Position numbers and translations under genes: made by a program. A stretch of DNA of 64,000 bases from Candidatus Woesearchaeota archaeon (GTDB lineage: Archaea; Nanobdellota; Nanobdellia; Woesearchaeales; JAGVXP01), in NCBI GenBank assembly GCA_018303725.1, contig JAGVXP010000050.1:13579-77578 (forward strand). The letters run 5' to 3'. Under the pieces are notes generated by a model that ran no database searches, was not told the origin of the DNA, and saw nothing but the letters and a program-made list of their open reading frames with translations. Position 1 is the first letter of the stretch. Every line of letters begins with the position of its first letter. Positions 56,904-64,000 of this stretch are shown here, piece by piece.

Positions 56904-57101
56904 TTGGTGCGCCCCTTCCGTCATAACTTCCCCTTTTCTCCACACGAAACCAAGGGGGTTTATAAACTCCAATAGCTCTATTTAAAAAGCAAAGTCTTTA
57001 TAAATAACCTTTGTTTAAAAAGGTTTATAAATAAAACTGCATTTTAAAAATTAAATTTGGCTTTTTAAAGCCAATAAAGTATAATTTGGGGGTGGATTTG
57101 A

Positions 57102-57659
57102 ATGGTTAAGAAGAAAACTGAGAAGAGAGACATAACTGTGGTGAATATAGTTGTTTCTACATCTTTAAAGCATGATATACCATTGGAAAAGATGGCAACA
57201 ACACTTTCTAACACCGAATACAATCCAGAACAGTTTCCTGGGCTTGTGATAAGGATAAAAGAGCCAAGAACTTCTGCTTTAATCTTCAGCTCTGGTAAAA
57301 TAGTCTGTACTGGAGCAAGAAGCATGGAAAAAGTGGAAGAAAGTATAAAAAAAATCATCAAAAGTCTGGAAAAAATCAATGTTAAGATAACAATTAAGCC
57401 TGAGATAAAAATCCAAAATATAGTGGCTAGCGGCAGTGTTGGCATGGATTTGAACCTTAACACCTTGGCTATGAAGCTGGAAAACACAGAATATGAGCCA
57501 GAGCAATTTCCCGGTTTAGTTTACAAATTAGCGGCTGCTAAAGCGACATTCTTATTGTTTAGCAATGGAAAAGTTGTTTGTACTGGCACCAAGTCAGAAA
57601 AAGAGGTACACACAGCCCTGGATATGCTCATTGCTAATTTAAAGAAGGTTAAGGCATAA
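57102..57659 (+). CDS. tbp: TATA-box-binding protein
   Basis: Two EY.PEQFPGLV..L(I/L)FS.GK.VCTG repeats. Confidence 0.98.
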   Translation: MVKKKTEKRDITVVNIVVSTSLKHDIPLEKMATTLSNTEYNPEQFPGLVIRIKEPRTSALIFSSGKIVCTGARSMEKVEESIKKIIKSLEKINVKITIKPEIKIQNIVASGSVGMDLNLNTLAMKLENTEYEPEQFPGLVYKLAAAKATFLLFSNGKVVCTGTKSEKEVHTALDMLIANLKKVKA

Positions 57660-57668
57660 TCAAAAAGG

Positions 57669-57699
57669 CACTGGCCATGCTCTCGCGTGAGATATATAA
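57669..57699 (+). promoter_or_regulatory. Promoter with CACTGGCCAT motif and TATA box (mcm)
   Basis: CACTGGCCATGCTCTCGCGTGAGATATATAA, 30 nt before ATG 57730. Confidence 0.65.
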
Positions 57700-57729
57700 G
57701 CTAGGTTGTCTCATCTTCAGCTGGTAAAA

Positions 57730-59748
57730 ATGGATGCAGAAGAGCAAATAAAGAAGTTAGGTGAGTTTTTAGAGGCTAATTACCATTCTAAATTATTGGA
57801 GCATATAAGAAAAGGCGAAAATTTTCTTATAGTGGATTTTACTGAACTTTCTAAATTTGACCCTGACCTTAGTTTAGAATTATTAGAAAATCCGGAAGAG
57901 GTCATAAAAGCTGCTGAGTTATCTATAGAACAGTTTGACTTGGGTGAGAGAGCAAAAGGGTTCAAAATACGATTTAATAATCTTCCCAAAGACCAAAGCA
58001 TAATGATAAGGGATATAAGAAGCAAGCACATTGGCAAGCTTTTTTCTATTGAAGGCATAGTAAGGCAGAAATCTGATGTAAGGCCGCAGGTAACAGCAGC
58101 CAAATTTGAATGCCCAAGTTGTGGAAATATAATTGGCATATTACAATTAGATGCTTCTTTTAAGGAACCGACAAGATGTGGGTGTGGCAGGAAGGGAAAG
58201 TTCCATTTGCTTAATAAGGAGCTTGTAGATGCACAGGGCCTAGTTCTAGAAGAGAGTCCCGAAAGTCTTGAAGGTGGTGAACAGCCTAAAAGGATGAGCG
58301 TGCTTTTAAAAGACGATTTGGTTAGCCCTATGTCAGAAAAAAAGACAAACCCCGGCAGTAAAATTTTAGTTGTTGGTATAATAAAAGAGGTCCCGATTAT
58401 ACTGAGAACAGGGGCAAAATCAACAAGATTTGACCTCATTATAGAAGCAAATTATATTGAAGCTATGGAAGAAACCTTTTTGGAAGTTGAAATTAATGAG
58501 GAAGAAGAAAGGAAAATAAAAGAGCTTTCTCAGGACCAAAATGTTGTTGGAAAGATGGTTGACTCAATAGCTCCATCTATATTTGGCTATGAGAAGATAA
58601 AAGAGGCATTGTTATTGCAATTGATGGGCGGCGTTAGAAAGATAAGGAATGATAAGGTTGTTAGCAGGGGGGATATCCATATTTTGCTGATTGGAGATCC
58701 GGGGGCTGGTAAAAGCGCTTTGTTAAAAAGAATTAATTTAATAGCTCCAAAAGGCCGTTATGTAAGCGGCAAAGGAGTTAGTGCTGCTGGATTGACTGCA
58801 AGTGTAGTAAGGGACGAGTTCTTAAAAGGGTGGTCATTAGAAGCAGGGGCAATGGTTTTGAGTTCAAACGGAATTTGCTGTGTTGATGAGATGGACAAGA
58901 TAGGCCCAGAGGATAGGGGGGCAATGCATGAAGCACTTGAGAACCAAACTGTAAGTATTTCGAAGGCGAATATCCAGGCAACATTATTAGCTAGAACTAC
59001 TGTCTTGGCTGCAGCAAACCCAAAATTTGGAAGGTTTGACCCTTATGACATCATTGCCAACCAGATAGATTTGCCCCCTACACTAATAAACAGATTTGAT
59101 TTGATATTCCCAATAAAAGATTTGCCTGATGAAACAAGGGATAAAGCAATGGCTTCGCACATCTTAAACTTGCACCAAACGCCAGAAATGAATGAACCAG
59201 AAATATCCACCCCTTTTTTAAAAAAGTATGTTGCATATGCCAGGCAAAAAATAAACCCAAAATTGACCGATAGCGCTCTTGAAGAGATAAAGGATTATTA
59301 TATAAAAATGAGGATGAGCGGCTCGGCTGAAGGAAGCATTAAAACAATTCCAATCTCCCCAAGGCAGCTAGAGGCACTAGTAAGGATGTCGGAAGCTTCA
59401 GCTAGGATTAGATTGAGCGACAAAGTCACAAAAAAGGATGCCAGAAAGGCTATTGATTTGCTGCAGTATTGTTTAATGCAGGTTGGGTTTGACGAAGAAA
59501 CCAAAAAATTTGATATTGACAGGATAGCTACTGGTATTACTGCCTCACAAAGAAGCCACATTGTCAGCATAAAAGATATAATCGCTGAATTGGAGAACAG
59601 AATTGGAAAAACAATACCTATCGATGATATTGTAGCAGAAGCCAAAGAAAAAGAGATAGAAGAGGAAAAAGTAGAGGAGATCATCGAAAGGCTAAAGCGT
59701 TCTGGCGACATCTTTGAGCCTAGGAGGGGTTTTGTCCAGAGAATTTGA
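57730..59748 (+). CDS. mcm: MCM replicative helicase
   Basis: Zn finger, GDPGAGKS, VDEMDK, AAANP..GR, NRFDL, C-terminal winged helix; no intein. Confidence 0.98.
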   Translation: MDAEEQIKKLGEFLEANYHSKLLEHIRKGENFLIVDFTELSKFDPDLSLELLENPEEVIKAAELSIEQFDLGERAKGFKIRFNNLPKDQSIMIRDIRSKHIGKLFSIEGIVRQKSDVRPQVTAAKFECPSCGNIIGILQLDASFKEPTRCGCGRKGKFHLLNKELVDAQGLVLEESPESLEGGEQPKRMSVLLKDDLVSPMSEKKTNPGSKILVVGIIKEVPIILRTGAKSTRFDLIIEANYIEAMEETFLEVEINEEEERKIKELSQDQNVVGKMVDSIAPSIFGYEKIKEALLLQLMGGVRKIRNDKVVSRGDIHILLIGDPGAGKSALLKRINLIAPKGRYVSGKGVSAAGLTASVVRDEFLKGWSLEAGAMVLSSNGICCVDEMDKIGPEDRGAMHEALENQTVSISKANIQATLLARTTVLAAANPKFGRFDPYDIIANQIDLPPTLINRFDLIFPIKDLPDETRDKAMASHILNLHQTPEMNEPEISTPFLKKYVAYARQKINPKLTDSALEEIKDYYIKMRMSGSAEGSIKTIPISPRQLEALVRMSEASARIRLSDKVTKKDARKAIDLLQYCLMQVGFDEETKKFDIDRIATGITASQRSHIVSIKDIIAELENRIGKTIPIDDIVAEAKEKEIEEEKVEEIIERLKRSGDIFEPRRGFVQRI

Positions 59749-59815
59749 TTTGCCAAAAGAAAGATATATAAATGAGCTGTTTCTTGATATATGCGGGGGC
59801 CGATATAATTCTAAA

Positions 59816-60475
59816 ATGGCAGAGCAGATTCAAAAGAGGCAAATAGCATGTAAAGCAAGGATTGGGGATGTTATTAATGGTAAATATGTAAAAGAAGAGG
59901 GGTGGCAGCCAAATTACATAATAACAAATGATGGAAAAAAGATCTCTAGGATAAACCTTATTGCTTCTGTTGTTTTAAAGCCGGCAAATGAAAACCTAAA
60001 TTACCAAAATATAGTGTTGGATGATGGTAGCGGAAAAATCTCTGTGAGAAGTTTTGAAGAAAATGAATATACCAAGGACATAAATGTTGGCGATGTTGTG
60101 TTATTGATAGGCAGGCCTAGGGAGTATGGAAATGAAAAGTACATTGTTCCGGAAATCATAAAAAAAGTTGAAAATCCTCTTTGGATAAAGGTAAGAAACC
60201 TGGAGTTGAAGAAGGGCAAGACAATAGCCAAAAACACAATTAATGACAATGAAGAGCCAATTCTAAAAGAAGAGCCGATTGAGGTTATAGAAAACGGCAA
60301 GCCATCTAACAAGATATGTGAATTGATAAAAATTATTGATACTGGAGAAGGGGCAGACATTGAGGAGGTTATATCCAAATCAAAGTTTGATGAAGCTGAA
60401 AAGATAATAAGGAATTTGTTGGAAGAAGGGGAGATTTTTGAAGTAAAGCCGGGAAAGCTAAAAATTTTAGAATAA
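59816..60475 (+). CDS. RPA2-like OB-fold ssDNA-binding protein with C-terminal winged helix
   Basis: LDDGSG.I..R.F, IGRPREY..EKYI.PEI, GEIFE.KPG motifs; start ATG 59816. Confidence 0.8.
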   Translation: MAEQIQKRQIACKARIGDVINGKYVKEEGWQPNYIITNDGKKISRINLIASVVLKPANENLNYQNIVLDDGSGKISVRSFEENEYTKDINVGDVVLLIGRPREYGNEKYIVPEIIKKVENPLWIKVRNLELKKGKTIAKNTINDNEEPILKEEPIEVIENGKPSNKICELIKIIDTGEGADIEEVISKSKFDEAEKIIRNLLEEGEIFEVKPGKLKILE

Positions 60476-61318
60476 GAGGGGAGTTATATACACTTCAATA
60501 AATGCTGCTACCAATAAAAAACCGACAGCTATTATCAAAAGTTCAGATGAGTCGAGCAGAATATTGCTAAACTTCTTAGAAGCATAGTGGTGTTTGATTA
60601 CAGCCACGGATATGATCCCTCCAGCTAAGCCGCCATAAAAATAGGCTACTATCTCTGGTATGCCGTGAATAGCATATCTTAAAAGGCCCAAAGAAACTAC
60701 TTGAAAATATGCTGCAGCATTTGCAAAGCCAACAGAGGAAACATACGCGCCTATATTGGATCTTATAAAATTTCCTATAGCTGTGCCTATCACTGTGGCA
60801 TTCCATGTCAAAATAAAGATTGCTCCGGCGCCATATATGAAGGCGAATAAAATACAAAATGCCAATACTTTCAGGTTGTTGAATAATATCTTCGTAAAAA
60901 GATTAAAATTTTGAACAACATTTCCCGAAATTTGGTTGTTTATGTCTGTTATTGTTTGTGTTTGTTTCTGGAAAAGATAGCCGACGGTTTCCGAAGGTAA
61001 AACCACATACCACAGCACAGATGAGAGAGTTATCCCCAAAAATAAAAACATTAAGAATACAATGGCCTTATTATGTTCCTTCAATAACAATTTTTCTTTG
61101 TTTATTTCTATGTCTTTGCTTTCTTCAAGCTGCATTGTGCCATAAACAATAGGCACAGCTGCCATAACTGTTAGGAACACCATAATGAAGCTGGCTTGTT
61201 TCTCAAAAATCCATAGTGACAAAAAAATAGCTACAGATGTATACAAAAAACCAATAAAAAACATTTCCCATGGCTTTTTTTCTGCTTTTAGTGGAAAAAG
61301 CAATGACTCAATTACCAT
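60467..61318 (-). CDS. SpoIIM/DUF95-family membrane protein
   Basis: I.FNN..V, WNA.VIG, HGIPE, AA.IE..IT motifs. Confidence 0.85.
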   Translation of the reverse strand: MVIESLLFPLKAEKKPWEMFFIGFLYTSVAIFLSLWIFEKQASFIMVFLTVMAAVPIVYGTMQLEESKDIEINKEKLLLKEHNKAIVFLMFLFLGITLSSVLWYVVLPSETVGYLFQKQTQTITDINNQISGNVVQNFNLFTKILFNNLKVLAFCILFAFIYGAGAIFILTWNATVIGTAIGNFIRSNIGAYVSSVGFANAAAYFQVVSLGLLRYAIHGIPEIVAYFYGGLAGGIISVAVIKHHYASKKFSNILLDSSELLIIAVGFLLVAAFIEVYITPLLF

Positions 61319-61403
61319 AGCCACGCATATATCTGCCCTGTTTAAATAGTTTTTGATGGCAAACAATTAAATTTATATAATAAACTGAATTTCTCCTTCT
61401 AAA

Positions 61404-61814
61404 ATGGATTATAGAAAATTGCTTAAGGAAGCTAGGGACAATCTGCCAAAATCTGTTTTTGAGAAAGAAAGATTTGAGATACCCAATGTTATGGGCCACA
61501 TCCAAGGAAATAGGACAATAATAAGCAACTTTATTCAAATTGCTGGCATCATCAGAAGGGAACCCGAGCATTTATTGAAATATGTTTTAAAAGAATTGGC
61601 TACTCCCGGTGAGATCAAAAAAAGCGGCAGTGTTATAGTTGGGACAAAGGTTCCTGCTTCTAGAATTAATGAAAAAATAAGGAAATATGCAAATGAGTAT
61701 GTTCTTTGTACAGAATGCGGCAAACCGGACACAAAGATAATGAAAGAGGGGGACTTTGCTTCTCTTAAGTGTATGGCTTGCGGTGCTAAACACCCCGTAA
61801 AGGCAAGGATATAG
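61404..61814 (+). CDS. eif2b: Translation initiation factor aIF2 beta subunit
   Basis: ERFEIP, G..T.I.NF, KELAT.G, C.ECGKPDT..C.ACGA motifs. Confidence 0.96.
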   Translation: MDYRKLLKEARDNLPKSVFEKERFEIPNVMGHIQGNRTIISNFIQIAGIIRREPEHLLKYVLKELATPGEIKKSGSVIVGTKVPASRINEKIRKYANEYVLCTECGKPDTKIMKEGDFASLKCMACGAKHPVKARI

Positions 61815-61823
61815 GTAGTTTTG

Positions 61824-62117
61824 ATGATTGTAAAAATCCATAAAACCAATGACGGAAGAAAAATAATTGCAGTTTGTGATGACAATTTATTAGGAAAAAA
61901 ATTTGAGGAGAAGAAATTACAGTTAGATTTGACTTCTAATTTTTACAAAGGTGACAAAAAAAGTGAAAAAGAGGTTTTAGATTTAATCAAGGGGGCGTAT
62001 ATTGTGAATTTTGTTGGTGAGAAAAGCATAAGAATAGGGATAATGGCAGGTATAATAAACAAAGGGGGCGTCATAAGAATTAAAAATATACCGCATTCAC
62101 AAGCAATTGTTTTATGA
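61824..62117 (+). CDS. DUF424-family protein
   Basis: AVCD..LLGK, FYKG, NFVG, IPH.Q motifs; usual neighbour of aIF2-beta. Confidence 0.88.
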   Translation: MIVKIHKTNDGRKIIAVCDDNLLGKKFEEKKLQLDLTSNFYKGDKKSEKEVLDLIKGAYIVNFVGEKSIRIGIMAGIINKGGVIRIKNIPHSQAIVL

Positions 62118-62124
62118 TGGCATC

Positions 62125-64000
62125 CTAAAACCATTTGCCTAATGCTATCTGTTTTTCTTTATCTTTGCCAAAAATGCCTTCCACACGCCTTTTTGTTAAT
62201 TCGAGGTTTTGTTTTAAATAAGAAGGAAGGTCATATTTTTCGGCTAAACTTATCGCTGGCTCTAAATATTTTATGATAGAGCCTTCAGAAATGGTGAATA
62301 TTATCCTATTGCCACATTTAATGCACTTCCCAACTAATGGCGGCCTTCTATATTTTTCATTGCATTTTACACACCTAAACTCTTGTTGGGAAAATTTCCT
62401 TAGGTTACCCTTTATATCCCTCAAGAAATGTTTTTCTATTACTAGTCTCGCAACATCTGTTGTGGTTACTGCCCTTATTTTTTCTGCTAATTCCATCTGT
62501 CCTTTTAGCTTATCCTCCATAGAAGGCAGTGTTTTATAAGCAGAGCACCTTATGCCTGCATTAATATTTTTTGTATCGTGTGTAAAACCCATACCTTCGT
62601 ATTGGAATTCTGTGTTCAATCTTTTTCCAATTTGTTCTATTTTAACATCCCATGGTTGCTTATACCCCAAACATGCCTCATAAAATTCTAATGAATATCT
62701 CCACGCAACATCCATATCAAACACCATATCATCTACTTCGCTGGGTATTAATACAGAAGTTAATACTAATGGAGCATCTTGTGTTGCACCCCTGCTGTTT
62801 GGTAAAAACCACCTAGAAAAATTCAACAACGCATCCATCAGAAGCGTCACGCTAGCTTCATCCCCATCGCAATCCCTTCTTGTAGCGGCATGTAACATTG
62901 GATGCGCATAAAAGCCCTGTGTTTTTGAAAAACCAATTATTCTGCCAACAATGCCTGCAGAGGTATGCGGAGCTAATGCAACCACTAAATGGCCTATTAG
63001 ATCAGATCCAGATTTAAGATTATAGAAAGGCTTTAAACCATAAAGTTTTTTTAGTAATCCATCAATAAATAAAGAAACCTTGAATAATATCTTGTCTGCT
63101 CCTAATTCGGGGCTTTCATCACAGGAGGGAAGTATGATGTCCTGTGGTTTAAGTTCTAAAATTTGGTCTGTGTCCTCCAGTTCTTTTTTGTTGATATCTT
63201 TGTCATAGCCTAATTCCTTTAATTTTTCTATTGGCGTTCCTATCTCTTTCGGTTTAAAATGGGTTATTGGCAGTTGTGTCATATCATATCTGGTAGTTCC
63301 GTCCTTGTTAACATAAACATCATTTTCTGCCCTCAAAATCCCTTTGATAAGGTGTTCTGGGATATGGTCTTTATTTGAGGTTCCTTTAACTCCTTTTATA
63401 AGGTCCGGGAATGTCTTCGTTTTTAAGTTTTTTAAGATTTGGTTAAAATAATAATTTATATCAATCTCTTGTTTTTTGAAGGTAGCTGCTATCCCGTGTT
63501 TTGGGCAATTTTCATTATTAATCAACCCACATACATTGCAATAGTACATCTTTTTGGTTTTTCTGTTGCAATTTTCACAAACACTGAATATCGTTTCTTT
63601 ATCGCATTCCATGCATTTGTACAGGGGAAAATCTGCATTTATTTTACCTACCTCCAATGCACTTTGGAAAGACCTTAACCTATCCCCTTCTTCTCCTACA
63701 GGAAAAAGAACATGAGGACTGCCCGTTAATTTTCTGATTTTTGCTTTCTCTGGCCTGCCCATCCTTGCGCCAATGAATATGCCGGCCTTATCCCTTATTC
63801 TGATGGGGGATATCTCATTTATTATCTCTAAGGGGTTTTTTTCTTTGATTTGGTCTATTTTTTGTTTTATTTCTTCTAATTTTTTGTCTAATAAATTAAA
63901 AGAAATCAAAAATGCCCTAGCATCATCTTTTTCGACAACAACATACTCGTTTGATGCTACAATGTGCGGAACGCCAACTAACTCCAAAACCCTTTTTGGC
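62125..64000 (-). CDS. polC: DNA polymerase D large subunit DP2, 3' part (runs off the window)
   Basis: IGARMGRPEKA, KDGT.RYD, LAPHTSA, RRDCDGDE, C-terminal Zn finger and PIP-like QIALGKWF. Confidence 0.97.
   Translation of the reverse strand, partial: PKRVLELVGVPHIVASNEYVVVEKDDARAFLISFNLLDKKLEEIKQKIDQIKEKNPLEIINEISPIRIRDKAGIFIGARMGRPEKAKIRKLTGSPHVLFPVGEEGDRLRSFQSALEVGKINADFPLYKCMECDKETIFSVCENCNRKTKKMYYCNVCGLINNENCPKHGIAATFKKQEIDINYYFNQILKNLKTKTFPDLIKGVKGTSNKDHIPEHLIKGILRAENDVYVNKDGTTRYDMTQLPITHFKPKEIGTPIEKLKELGYDKDINKKELEDTDQILELKPQDIILPSCDESPELGADKILFKVSLFIDGLLKKLYGLKPFYNLKSGSDLIGHLVVALAPHTSAGIVGRIIGFSKTQGFYAHPMLHAATRRDCDGDEASVTLLMDALLNFSRWFLPNSRGATQDAPLVLTSVLIPSEVDDMVFDMDVAWRYSLEFYEACLGYKQPWDVKIEQIGKRLNTEFQYEGMGFTHDTKNINAGIRCSAYKTLPSMEDKLKGQMELAEKIRAVTTTDVARLVIEKHFLRDIKGNLRKFSQQEFRCVKCNEKYRRPPLVGKCIKCGNRIIFTISEGSIIKYLEPAISLAEKYDLPSYLKQNLELTKRRVEGIFGKDKEKQIALGKWF

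Noticed and set aside
55822-56913. Bulge-helix-bulge intron around the HNH ORF
   Set aside because: I could not form the 4-bp central helix with 3-nt bulges on either strand.
55742-56960. RNase P RNA interrupted by the HNH gene (GGGGAAGUUAUGAC ... AAAACAGUCAGAGC and GGUCGCUUA on the minus strand)
   Set aside because: The P4 pairing is imperfect, P1/P2 are not convincing, the remainder is only about 150 nt, and 55742-55786 folds as its own hairpin after the vapC stop.
57730-64000. Inteins in MCM, RFC or DP2
   Set aside because: Protein lengths and motif spacing are normal at the usual insertion sites visible here.

Overview
AT-rich archaeal chromosome segment. Gene content and protein style point to a DPANN, Woesearchaeota-like organism (inference). 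In order it holds: the end of the spc-type ribosomal operon (uL6 to eL14, secY, DUF106); a 12-gene minus-strand operon (split transketolase, bacterial-type shikimate pathway, tyrA, pheA, pheS, pheT); a broken trmB and a broken acs; pelota; five secreted or membrane proteins of unknown function; rfcS, a PRC-barrel gene and a solo Cas4-like gene; tyrS; a peptidase plus PAN cluster; a membrane protein-racemase fusion; a free-standing LAGLIDADG gene with structured flanks; trm5, fen, endA, rnz, hjc; a second broken trmB; cimA; a VapBC-like pair; a Zn-finger HNH gene; tbp, mcm, an RPA-like gene, aIF2-beta and the 3' part of polC. The strongest observation is two short upstream ORFs missing from the ORF track. 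An Ile-rich one (ending in six Ile codons) precedes cimA, and a Phe/Tyr-rich one (ending FYYFI) precedes the aromatic operon. Each is followed by a hairpin, then CATTGT and a U-rich tract, which looks like ribosome-dependent attenuation in an archaeon. Also noted: a shared CACTGG(A/C)CAT..AGATATATAA promoter motif at mcm, the cas4-like gene and the LAGLIDADG gene; putative structured RNAs beside both endonuclease genes; dispersed REP-like palindromes; and probable local assembly errors at trmB and acs. All calls are by-eye motif recognition; no searches were run.
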